Source: an uncultured Thiotrichales bacterium (GTDB lineage: Bacteria > Pseudomonadota > Gammaproteobacteria > Francisellales > CACEW01). Taken from it: 64,000 bases of DNA. The notes beneath the pieces are model-generated. The model was not told the DNA's origin and ran no database searches. It saw nothing but the letters and a program-made list of their open reading frames with translations. Made by a program: the position numbers and the translations under genes. Shown piece after piece: positions 40,201-48,085 of the stretch (its first letter is position 1; the number at the start of each line of letters is the position of its first letter). The stretch covers positions 27,443 to 91,442 of the forward strand of contig CAIQBE010000042.1 of NCBI GenBank assembly GCA_903870015.1. The letters run 5' to 3'.

Positions 40201-40839
40201 GCCCTGAAATATAATCGCGAATTTGTTTTGGAATTTTTTAATAAAGGCCATTTTTATCTTAAAGAAGTGCGCGGCGAATGGATGCTAGTGTTTAAAGGCG
40301 CGGCCAATACTCGCAAATGGATTCGCGGCACGACCTATTCTCTCGACAATCCAAAAGTCGCAATCTTCAAAACTTATGCGCTGGCACAAGCACCCGAAAG
40401 CATCTTAAGAAAAAGCACTGATTTAGCCAAAGATGCCGCTGCTGACACTCCTATGAATTTTATTCTAGTAGCACCGATTGATGCCGTGCAGTATTTCTTT
40501 TTTGATGATGATCCGCATAAGCAAATGAGCGATCTTTTGGTGAATATTGGGGTGGATTTGATTAATGCAGCAATTGTCGGGATTTTGGTGGCGTTGATTG
40601 GATTTTTTTTCTCGGCCGCTTTTGGAATTGGACTTGGGTTGATTGTTATTCTTGGCGTGCCTGCAGCAGCTCTTGCTGGCTGGATCTTAGAAACCGCTGA
40701 AGAAAATCTCGGCATCAAAGATAAACTGATTGAAATGGGACGCTCAGCTCAAAATCTGTTTTCACATCTCAACGATCAGCTAAAATTTGATTTCCCAGCA
40801 TTTGCAAATACTGCAGCACAAACTTTAACGGCAGCATAA
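37294..40839 (+). CDS. vgrG: evolved VgrG-like spike protein (gp27/gp5-like) with a large C-terminal extension ending in two membrane helices
   Basis: The N-terminus follows the VgrG/Phage_GPD pattern (FDGVLTQVRFSGY...LCIEPAVALY...FNGVSVLDIAKQIL...IRDETMLGFLQRILSYQGLAYYFDY). A gp5 OB-fold signature is present (TRMVQPMHSDDHRSHMTLPTNSEGAMLWSEGFSGEPLLLGTLNN). A Thr/His/Asn-rich beta-helix-like region covers aa ~590-740. The C-terminus has LINAAIVGILVALIGFFFSAAFGIGLGLIVILGVPAAALAGWIL. Confidence 0.8.
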   Translation: MVQHEDIYCDLSLNGMLFDDCELKALKITTALDRPFVVQITLLSHQALRFFQQNIFNPFTLKISGQDFSACYFDGVLTQVRFSGYHCYDLCIEPAVALYRDETYQHLFNGVSVLDIAKQILWGRPFNIPAPMFQAYAIKLMGDRDYPLLYRVLIRDETMLGFLQRILSYQGLAYYFDYSLEKSPLIITDCVNHFAGNIDAAYSPNSPHALTLKPYIETIIYKKLGLPQNVLSSGAPTLQPNNLVAETAEVLKNNAPNTLYHVNTNEQSDRNAKTRADITRLALLSQQHTAKMLGGGLLFAGMTINVHGAWLIRASEIDITFDEHHPERLGSIATTISVQDAAVRYQAMPQFGEHATLMAGIKTGTPGTEMGVNLMSVNEQGHYHATLPSNISSNSEAHGVHIFDTRMVQPMHSDDHRSHMTLPTNSEGAMLWSEGFSGEPLLLGTLNNLSNIHPTTSRNPQNAYWQDNDTNKLAFINHGTYEPYQKTGRKTATILETPCYDLKQNHSYVRMGDKIDHDIAHPAQEAEPGLFLHTSGNYHEQHHGGLLMLLGNLYQDPQKSGFTPVLRHMVQLAQALNAYHILHSVTAHFQSETLTSSGVTETHTQDATTINKTLTATNNFQNYHANTVDNVYVNQQHQTQGDTTSKTFNTHVLNTTSNTTTLTESGDHTTESHDKHTLNLNHLNNQFMTTTQKTTIHTQTTQINTLSQNFSEYSAQVDRLNINSAHTLMTANTAALGGANFYQGDILSIGSDAQAPDTPAMVDLNQNGANAISDEQSTIKKAIVFLLDCPNHSPLLQLCVNHLNPQTIPANNPFIYPLTHEQKRGAITLTTQFKQKAVHYTLHPQIRNINLQYKAPMQQSNPWFTPEGKLPTYMGMRALSSHQGTDFSDADQNIVMLKADSTPPASCLKGGGFHVNSVDNNTIAWLMQQLYKINKHYTYGANNQDQTWQWSPPSTSDYIGLAEKGVTTFALKYNREFVLEFFNKGHFYLKEVRGEWMLVFKGAANTRKWIRGTTYSLDNPKVAIFKTYALAQAPESILRKSTDLAKDAAADTPMNFILVAPIDAVQYFFFDDDPHKQMSDLLVNIGVDLINAAIVGILVALIGFFFSAAFGIGLGLIVILGVPAAALAGWILETAEENLGIKDKLIEMGRSAQNLFSHLNDQLKFDFPAFANTAAQTLTAA

Positions 40840-40857
40840 TTAACATCGAGGACTTTT

Positions 40858-41628
40858 ATGACGACATGCAACCACTCATTATCTGTTAAAACTTTTTTGA
40901 TCCTGCCATTCCTTTGGCTAGTCATCACTATGCCCCCAACTTGTATTACTTGGTGGCATGGTGGCTCAGTCTACTTTATTTATCTGCTTTCATTGATTAA
41001 TCTTGTCGGCGCATTATTTGTTTTTAAGAACTATAAAAACTACTATTTATTGATGTGCGTTCTTTTTATTGTTAGCACTGCCTTTAATCTTTTTGGAATC
41101 TTACTCCTTTTTTTCCCGGCGCTGAATGCTCATACGCTTATCTTCCTTTATTTACCACCAACTACTAGCTTGATTATGCTCGCGCTCTTACTTTCCCCCT
41201 TTGCTGTTTTTGCCACTCTGAAAGCCTTGACTATTGATTATGACGCTATGAAGCGCGAGGCCTATAAAAATGGCGCTATTGATAAGCTAAACAGTTTGTT
41301 AATTTTTGATAATCGTCGCAGTTACGTCGCGAGAATCAGGTTTAAAAACATCTTTTCCCCCAAGCATCGCAACTGGATGAAACCCACAATAGTCACTTCG
41401 GTTTTATTAGTATTTGGCCCCATTGGCGCGCTAGGAAGTTCGATGGCAAGAAACGGCAACTCAACGTTTAACGCCCTATTTTTTCTGATTGCAGGTTCTA
41501 TCTTCCTATGGTGCGCTTATTTCTGTGCTGTTAGTGCTTATGCGCAGTATCAGCTGATCAAAAAGATTGAACAAGATTTGCGGGTTGCGTTGAAGCCTGT
41601 GTTTAAAACATCTAGCACGCCGTCCTGA
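40858..41628 (+). CDS. polytopic membrane protein (candidate cognate immunity or partner of the VgrG C-terminal domain)
   Basis: 256 aa with about 6 TM segments. It starts 18 nt after the vgrG stop with a GAGGA RBS. No recognisable family. Confidence 0.6.
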   Translation: MTTCNHSLSVKTFLILPFLWLVITMPPTCITWWHGGSVYFIYLLSLINLVGALFVFKNYKNYYLLMCVLFIVSTAFNLFGILLLFFPALNAHTLIFLYLPPTTSLIMLALLLSPFAVFATLKALTIDYDAMKREAYKNGAIDKLNSLLIFDNRRSYVARIRFKNIFSPKHRNWMKPTIVTSVLLVFGPIGALGSSMARNGNSTFNALFFLIAGSIFLWCAYFCAVSAYAQYQLIKKIEQDLRVALKPVFKTSSTPS

Positions 41629-41835
41629 TAATGCCTAGCATTCATCAGGATCCAGCATTAATTAGCTATTTTCAAAGTCATTTGAAAATTCAAAGCCTAA
41701 GTTTTGTTAGATCTATTTCAACCTGGATCCTGACGCCCCAAGCTTCGTTGATATCCCCGTCATTGTGCTTGTCATTAAATCACAAAATTAAGCTCTTTTT
41801 TGAAGTTAATCGTGCTAAAAAAATTGATGCTGATT

Positions 41836-42387
41836 TTAGACTATATTACAGTCATTAGGACCTGGCCGTTTTGGTGGTCCTCCCCGCTGCACTGCTATTG
41901 CTGCCGCCACCGGCAATGCGGTTTCCGGCCTTGACACTGCTGGCTCTGCTCGTGGCAAGACCACTCTTGATGCTGCAGGCCTTTTTTCCAAAGCAAAATG
42001 AATATTTTGCGTAATCAATTCAGCATCCCCTATTATCAGAATCTCTCTAGCCTTTTTTTCTTCAATTTCTGCTGTAACTTTTGCTAAAAGCTCTTCAAGC
42101 ACTGAGAATCCACCCTCTGCATCAATTGCTGCACAGCTTTCGGGAAAGTGAGAAAGATTAGCCATCACTTTTGCTGCCATTAGCTGAACATAAGAATCAT
42201 CTGACCCCAAAACCCTCACGAGCGGTCCAACCACCTTTGCCGCTATGATTGCATGGCAATCAGCCTTACATCCAGAATGATTCAGGAGTTTTCGCACTGC
42301 ATTTTTCTGTTGATCCAAGTCCTCTAAATCCTTTGATATTTTCGAAAAATCCACTGCCTCGGCTATAGCACTTGATCCATCATACAT
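41836..42387 (-). CDS. armadillo/HEAT-repeat-like protein
   Basis: 183 aa. The segment CHAIIAAKVVGPLVRVLGSDDSYVQLMAAKVMANLSHFPESCAAIDAEGGFSVLEELL follows the ARM consensus (aI.eaG.i.pLv.lL.s.d..vq..Aa.alsNl.....c..i...gg...L..lL). The C-terminal tail is Pro/Ala-rich. Confidence 0.6.
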   Translation of the reverse strand: MYDGSSAIAEAVDFSKISKDLEDLDQQKNAVRKLLNHSGCKADCHAIIAAKVVGPLVRVLGSDDSYVQLMAAKVMANLSHFPESCAAIDAEGGFSVLEELLAKVTAEIEEKKAREILIIGDAELITQNIHFALEKRPAASRVVLPRAEPAVSRPETALPVAAAIAVQRGGPPKRPGPNDCNIV

Positions 42388-42576
42388 ACAAATATCTCCT
42401 TTTTGACAACTCTTGCTTATTGTACTCGATTAAATTTTTTATACCAAGATCAAAAAACCAAACAATAATATACTCAAACAATTTTCAATATGCAGGCTAT
42501 AGATCCGATTGGATATTTCAAAGTATCTATTGCGCACTAATAGCATCGAATCTTCAACCTGAAATCGAGCCCCTCC

Positions 42577-43740
42577 CTATACTACAATCGTACTATTCAC
42601 CCGCACCATTAACAACAATAGCCCCATGATGCTTAAAATCACATAAAAAACACCTAGCAACATCTGGCCTTGATCAGGCATGAAGTTCAATGAAAAGTTC
42701 ACGAGCATGGCAATGAATGTTTGAATAAACCCATAAATCGCACCAGCAATGCCAATATTCACATTAATTGCAGCAAAACTTAGCGCTAAAGCATTTGGAA
42801 ATACCAGACCACAGCCCAGAGTCACTAAGAAAACACAGGGAACCAGAATTTGCACATGACTACCCCACAGCGCCTCTGTGATTACTAATACCAAACCACT
42901 AAGGAACAAGAGACTTAGGCCAACACGCAGCAAAGTACGGGGCGATGTCTTTTTAACCATGCGACTACTGATCAGGGCAGCCATTGTTAAGCCTGACGCT
43001 GCAAATAGCATTATTTCCCCATTCACTGTGGCGGATAAGCGTAGTTGCTTCTGAATAATAAAAGGTAGGATATTGGCATAAAGAATGATGGCTGAAAAAC
43101 TAAACCCCGTGATCAAGACATAATGCATAAAATGAAAATTACCAAGAAGCTCACGATAGTGCTTGAGCGTACGCGATAGGCTTAGGCTTTTTTCTTTATG
43201 CTGCAAGGGTTCTTTAAAGCAGAACAACACTAGCATTAGAAGCATGATGCCATAAGCGGATAAGAATCCAAAAACTGCACGAAAGCCAAACTCATTTTGC
43301 AAGAGCCCTCCAACAAAAGGCGCAACTGCTGGGCTCAAACAAATAAAAATAGCCATCTGTGAAGATTTGACAGCGAGGGTCACGCCAGAAAATAAATCGC
43401 GTAAGACCACGCGTGACAGCGATAGCCCCGCACCCACCGCCAGGCCTTCAAGTACCCGACCCAAACAAAATAACTCAAAAGACGGTGCCAACATACAGAG
43501 TATCGATCCGACTACAAAAAGGCTTAAACCAAAAATGATCGGTGGCTTGCGCCCCACACGATCAGAGACCGGGCCATAGACAAGCTGAGAAAAAGCAAAC
43601 CCCACTAAAAACAAACTGACCGTCAGCTCAGTATGATTGGCGGTTTGGCCAAAGTAAGCGCCAATCGCCGGCAAGGATGGGGCAAAAATATCCGTCGCAA
43701 TAAGACTCAAGACCGCCATTAATATTAAGATCATGAACAT
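42577..43740 (-). CDS. MFS drug-efflux transporter (Bcr/CflA-like)
   Basis: 387 aa with 12 TM segments. MFS motif A-like GPVSDRVGRKPPI. Divergent from a LysR regulator. Confidence 0.8.
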   Translation of the reverse strand: MFMILILMAVLSLIATDIFAPSLPAIGAYFGQTANHTELTVSLFLVGFAFSQLVYGPVSDRVGRKPPIIFGLSLFVVGSILCMLAPSFELFCLGRVLEGLAVGAGLSLSRVVLRDLFSGVTLAVKSSQMAIFICLSPAVAPFVGGLLQNEFGFRAVFGFLSAYGIMLLMLVLFCFKEPLQHKEKSLSLSRTLKHYRELLGNFHFMHYVLITGFSFSAIILYANILPFIIQKQLRLSATVNGEIMLFAASGLTMAALISSRMVKKTSPRTLLRVGLSLLFLSGLVLVITEALWGSHVQILVPCVFLVTLGCGLVFPNALALSFAAINVNIGIAGAIYGFIQTFIAMLVNFSLNFMPDQGQMLLGVFYVILSIMGLLLLMVRVNSTIVV

Positions 43741-43830
43741 AAAAACTCCTTAAGGTTTAAATTTGTGCTATTTTTACCGATCTAGTATAATAAGTAAAAT
43801 TTATTATACTTATAAGATGAATAACTTCTA

Positions 43831-44745
43831 ATGATGGACCTATACCGACTCAATTTAAACTTATTAGTGGCCCTGGATGTGTTACTGACGGAGCAAAGCG
43901 TGACGAAGGCAGCAAAAAAGCTCTTTATGACCCAGGCAGCCATGAGCAATAATCTGCAACAGTTGCGTGAAGTATTTAAAGATGAACTACTCATGCGCGA
44001 AAAAAATCGCATGGTTCCAACAAGCTATGCTACCTCTCTGCAACCAAGGCTCCATGAAATTTTGGAAGAGTTGCGTAGCGTGGTCTTAGTGGGCCAATCT
44101 TTTTTACCCCAAGTATCGCGTAGAACTTTTAAAATCATGATGACGGATTATATGAGTGCACTGATCCTCCCCAAGCTTATCCAAACGCTGGAAGCAAAAG
44201 CGCCGGAGATTAAAATCGTGGCATTGCCCGTGGATTATCACATGCAAGATCCCGCTTCATCCCTCAGTGACTGTGATTTGGCAGTGTGCAAGGGACAATA
44301 CGCTGATGCTCACCTGAAAAAGAAATTACTTTTTAAAGATCGTGCCGTCAGCATTATCAATGCCAAGCATCCTTTGGCTAAAAAAGCTAGCATCAGCCTG
44401 GATGAGTATTTGGCCTATCCTCATATCGCGATTTGTTTAAATAATCCCGAGATACCCACGTTAGTAGAAGAGGCTTTATCAAAGCTTAATCGCACCCGCC
44501 GCATTCAAATAGGTATTCCCTTTGTCGGCGTTATTTTTCAAATGATTCAAGCCTCCCATGAACTCATAGGCACCGTGCCAGAACAGGTAGCAAAACTTTA
44601 TCAGGCCCAATATAGCTTTGCAATCAAGCCCCTGCCTATTCCGATGGATGAAATGGATTTCAATCTCATATGGCATCCACGCCATGATAATGATGCTGGG
44701 CATTGTTGGTTGCGGGAGGAGTTGATGCGGTGTGTTTCTGAGTAA
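43831..44745 (+). CDS. LysR-family transcriptional regulator
   Basis: 304 aa with an N-terminal wHTH (LNLLVALDVLLTEQSVTKAAKKLFMTQAAMSNNLQQLRE). Confidence 0.85.
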   Translation: MMDLYRLNLNLLVALDVLLTEQSVTKAAKKLFMTQAAMSNNLQQLREVFKDELLMREKNRMVPTSYATSLQPRLHEILEELRSVVLVGQSFLPQVSRRTFKIMMTDYMSALILPKLIQTLEAKAPEIKIVALPVDYHMQDPASSLSDCDLAVCKGQYADAHLKKKLLFKDRAVSIINAKHPLAKKASISLDEYLAYPHIAICLNNPEIPTLVEEALSKLNRTRRIQIGIPFVGVIFQMIQASHELIGTVPEQVAKLYQAQYSFAIKPLPIPMDEMDFNLIWHPRHDNDAGHCWLREELMRCVSE

Positions 44746-44775
44746 AACAGAGCCAAACCCAACCTCTTATCAAAA

Positions 44776-45093
44776 CTACGCAACCGCTTTCAACTCAACC
44801 ACAAAGTGCATGCCATCTTGGTTCAGCGCATCTTGCAATGCCAAGGCAATAAACTGCTCCTCCGAATATCCAAGCTTTTGTGCAAACTCCTTGGCTTTTT
44901 TAGGGCTCAAGCTCTTACGACCACGCTCTAAATCGCACAAGTACTGGTTAGAGATATTCAACTTTTTCGCAAAATCGACTTGATTAACATCATCACTCGT
45001 ACGAATCGCCCAAAGTAAATTAGCAATCGTCAAGGTCTCGCCCGTCATTTTTTCAAGATCTTTGAGCGCTTTGCTCTTTTTTCTAGTAATCAT
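44776..45093 (-). CDS. higA: HigA-like XRE-family antitoxin
   Basis: 105 aa with an HTH_XRE core (VNQVDFAKKLNISNQYLCDLERGRK). It is downstream of, and overlaps by 11 nt, a RelE/HigB-like toxin gene. Confidence 0.75.
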   Translation of the reverse strand: MITRKKSKALKDLEKMTGETLTIANLLWAIRTSDDVNQVDFAKKLNISNQYLCDLERGRKSLSPKKAKEFAQKLGYSEEQFIALALQDALNQDGMHFVVELKAVA

Positions 45094-45364
45094 GCTTGTT
45101 GACCTCTACTATTTTGATCAAATGAATCTCACCGGTTGCAGTAATTTCATATATTGCCCTATAGGCTTTATTCAAACGGATTGATCGCTGTCCCTTCCTA
45201 TTTCCTTTCAATGGCTCATCGTGAAAACTAGGAATTTTTCGGATTTCAAGTAATCCAATCCGCTCAACCATATCAATCCAAACTTGTAACTTCAATTTAA
45301 TTTGATGCGGAACTTTCTCTAAATCCCTCTTTGCTTGTTTGGTCAGCTCTATTTCGCACTTCAT
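45083..45364 (-). CDS. higB: RelE/ParE-superfamily toxin, HigB-like
   Basis: 93 aa. The pattern LTKQAKRDLEKVP...GNRKGQRSIRLNKAYRAIYEI...IHLIKIVEVNKHDY is typical of RelE/HigB toxins. The toxin-first gene order is as in higBA. Confidence 0.75.
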   Translation of the reverse strand: MKCEIELTKQAKRDLEKVPHQIKLKLQVWIDMVERIGLLEIRKIPSFHDEPLKGNRKGQRSIRLNKAYRAIYEITATGEIHLIKIVEVNKHDY

Positions 45365-45392
45365 TCAAACAATACTCCGATTAAGTGTATCA

Positions 45393-45410
45393 TACTCCTG
45401 GCAAGAGTAT
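45393..45410. promoter_or_regulatory. inverted repeat ATACTC-N6-GAGTAT in the higBA promoter region (candidate operator)
   Basis: Located 29-46 nt upstream of the higB start. An additional ATACTCC copy is at 45372-45378. The repeat overlaps a TATGAT/TATAAT-like -10 region. Confidence 0.45.
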
Positions 45411-45612
45411 AATGTCAAACAAAACTAAAGCCTCAATCTTGATTGAGAGTCTGGATACAAAATGCCTTCACTTGCTTTAGTGACTGATCAAATTTTACCA
45501 ATTAATCAAATAATGATCAATCATTGACCGCGCTCACCAATATCCCTTTAATTTTCGCTGCGTTAATCCGTGTTGTGTTATAATCAAGCGCCTAAAAATT
45601 TTAAATACTTTC

Positions 45613-45828
45613 ATGAATACCCATTTATTTTTTGATACTTTCTCCATAAAATTTAAAGCGCTTAAATCACAAACTGAAGAAAAGCTTCAAAACTCCAAGA
45701 AAGCCATCCGAAATATGAATGCTTCCAAAGGCTTTACTGACTACCCAAAAGAATTTAAAGAACTGGTCAAGGCCATTGAGAAATCGATACTGCCATTAAC
45801 TTCTCAACTGTACGAAGATTTAAAATAA
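45613..45828 (+). CDS. small hypothetical protein
   Basis: 71-aa Lys/Glu-rich ORF preceded by TTATAAT. No homology recognised. Confidence 0.3.
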   Translation: MNTHLFFDTFSIKFKALKSQTEEKLQNSKKAIRNMNASKGFTDYPKEFKELVKAIEKSILPLTSQLYEDLK

Positions 45829-45904
45829 ACTGACTGGCATTATCTTAAAAGCATTAAAAATCAAAAACAGCTTTCTAGTTTTTTTGCAATGGAAATAAAT
45901 GAAG

Positions 45905-46402
45905 TTACAGCACCTCAAGAATCTTTTTTACGTCAGCATATAGTAAAAATGAGCTACCGCAATATACCCCTGCAAAACTACTTCCAATAGCAACAATCAT
46001 TGCTTTATGTAATGTTTCTTCAGAAAACCCTTGAGCCTCCTCTGCTTTACAATAGGTTGCATCACTCACTACTGTTAGTTTATGCCCCAGATGAAATCCA
46101 GCAACTGCTGTTGCTAACACACATTTACTCGTTCCATATCCGATCACATAAATAGGCTCACTTCTCTTTGTCTCGATGAATACCGTAAAATCTGGATTGG
46201 CGTAACATGAAAAAATATTTTTTTCAAAATACCCCTATCCCGCTCTTGGCTCAAATCCCTCTACAAAGCCTGAAAATTCTGGAGCATCTCGATTAAAAAT
46301 TGGAGCGCCTGGTATATTTCTAAAATGCTGAACATGAATAACATTCCAAGCCTGTAACCTTGCAAGCTCTAATAATTTCTTGGCATTATTTTTTCTCCTA
46401 TA
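45905..46402 (-). pseudogene. isochorismatase/cysteine-hydrolase-family pseudogene (N-terminally truncated, internal TAG)
   Basis: The minus-strand frame reads ...KKLLELARLQAWNVIHVQHF...PRAG*GYFEKNIFSCYANPDFTVFIETKRSEPIYVIGYGTSKCVLATAVAGFHLGHKLTVVSDA. The catalytic Lys and Cys regions are present. There is an in-frame TAG at 46235-46237. The region with the N-terminal Asp motif is absent and no start codon is present. Confidence 0.7.
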
Positions 46403-46469
46403 TTATGATGATTAAAATACGAAAGGGGGGGACATTGTCCGCACCCCAATAAACGGCAAGCGCTTCCGA

Positions 46470-48029
46470 CTATTTTTCTTGCGCAGAACTCGCGGCGCCA
46501 GCTGATTTTAACAACACTAAAATCCAGGCCGTCAAGATAACGCCAATCGCTCCCATCACCCATAAGGTATCATGAAATGCTTTGTCATAACCTACAATGG
46601 CTTGCTGGGTCGCATATTGTTGCTGCGCGGCTAGACTGCCATTCCCAAAAGAACTTAAACTAACATTCACATGTCCTTCGGCAATCGCATTTAACCATGC
46701 GGAAAGATGTTCTGGTCCCACTAGTGATACACCTACTGATGACAAATGGGCGTACAAGGCGGAGGTAAAGACAGCTGCAAAAATGGTGATTGCAATCGCT
46801 TCACTGCCTAAGCGGAATGTATTTAATAATCCTGCTGCCATACCTGATTTTTCTGGCGCAATAATACCTAAGGCAATGCCATCTACCGTACCAAAAGATA
46901 ACCCCATCGCTATTCCGCCTGTTAACATAGGTAGTGCAAGACCTAACAGCGTGGAATCAGGATGAATGGTTTGTAAGGAGAAGATACTAAACAACATAAA
47001 GCCCATTGCAATCGAAATAATGGTTTTTGGTGTTAGCCCCATTTGAATCAATTTAGAGGACAAGAAAGGCAAGACGAAAACAGGTCCCGTTAATAACACA
47101 ATAGCGATACCGGCATCCACAGGACTAAATTGCAAAACACTCATAAAATAGATTGGCAAGTAGAGAATGATCGTAACATAGCAAAACGCCAATACTACGG
47201 GCACCATGGTCATAGCTAAAAATACACGCTCTTTTAAAATTTCTAAATGGAGCATGGGCGCAGAATAACGCTTTTCCCGGTAAACAAATAAGCCAAAAAT
47301 AACAACCACACCTGCTAAAATACCCATAATTGATTGACTAAACCCACCCCATTGCGATGATTGCACAATTGCAAACATCAGAGCAAATAAGCCGACCACA
47401 AATAAACCCGAGCCCAACCAATCAAAGCCAGCATTATGCGTTGGACGTACATGTTTTTCATTGAAAGTGAAACTGAGTGCTGTCACCAATAACAAACCAA
47501 TGGCGTGGGTATAAAATACTGACTGCCAACCAAATAGATGGAGCAAAATGCCCGCCATCGTGGGGCCAAATGCAACGCCTGCGCCTGCAACTGAACCAAA
47601 TAAGGCAAAAGCCCGAGTCAATGCATGGCCAGAAAAATTATTAGAGAGAATCGCAGGGCCACAAGCAAAAACAGCAGCGGCACCAATACCTGCAAACGCC
47701 CGAGCGACATCAAGCATATATCCGCCAGGTGCTAACCCAGATGCAATTGAGGCAACGGCAAACAGTAAGCACCCTGCTGTAAAGGTGCTCGCACGACCAA
47801 ATCGATCCGCTAATGCACCCCATAACAACGTAAAGCTTGCAAAGCATAAGTTAAAGGATGGCGCTACCCACTGCAAAGAGATAATATTAATATTACTCCC
47901 CAGCCCCTGACTAATGGCAGGTAAAATAATCCCTGTCCCAGCAAGGGCCATGGGTACGATAAAAACTGCCAGTAAAATCGTAAATAGCAGCAGGGTCTTC
48001 GATGATGTTTTTTCAGTACTTGCTTTCAT
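46470..48029 (-). CDS. MFS transporter, DHA2 (EmrB/QacA-like, 14-TM) type
   Basis: Start set at ATG 48029 (MKASTEK, AGGAGA RBS). About 14 TM segments. MFS motif A-like GALADRFGR. It is the last gene of the ACP/KAS III operon. Confidence 0.8.
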   Translation of the reverse strand: MKASTEKTSSKTLLLFTILLAVFIVPMALAGTGIILPAISQGLGSNINIISLQWVAPSFNLCFASFTLLWGALADRFGRASTFTAGCLLFAVASIASGLAPGGYMLDVARAFAGIGAAAVFACGPAILSNNFSGHALTRAFALFGSVAGAGVAFGPTMAGILLHLFGWQSVFYTHAIGLLLVTALSFTFNEKHVRPTHNAGFDWLGSGLFVVGLFALMFAIVQSSQWGGFSQSIMGILAGVVVIFGLFVYREKRYSAPMLHLEILKERVFLAMTMVPVVLAFCYVTIILYLPIYFMSVLQFSPVDAGIAIVLLTGPVFVLPFLSSKLIQMGLTPKTIISIAMGFMLFSIFSLQTIHPDSTLLGLALPMLTGGIAMGLSFGTVDGIALGIIAPEKSGMAAGLLNTFRLGSEAIAITIFAAVFTSALYAHLSSVGVSLVGPEHLSAWLNAIAEGHVNVSLSSFGNGSLAAQQQYATQQAIVGYDKAFHDTLWVMGAIGVILTAWILVLLKSAGAASSAQEK

Positions 48030-48085
48030 ATTTGTATCTCTCCTATCAAAAAGGTTAATGTAAAGTTTTATAATTCTCAATTATT

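Noticed and set aside
41640-41735. 13-bp inverted repeat (CATCAGGATCCAG / CTGGATCCTGACG) flanking ~65 bp after the VgrG-linked gene, which looks MITE-like. The 75-aa ORF 41631..41858 spans it.
   Set aside because: I saw only a single copy. There are no target-site duplication or transposase ends that I can identify. The ORF has no RBS and low-complexity content.
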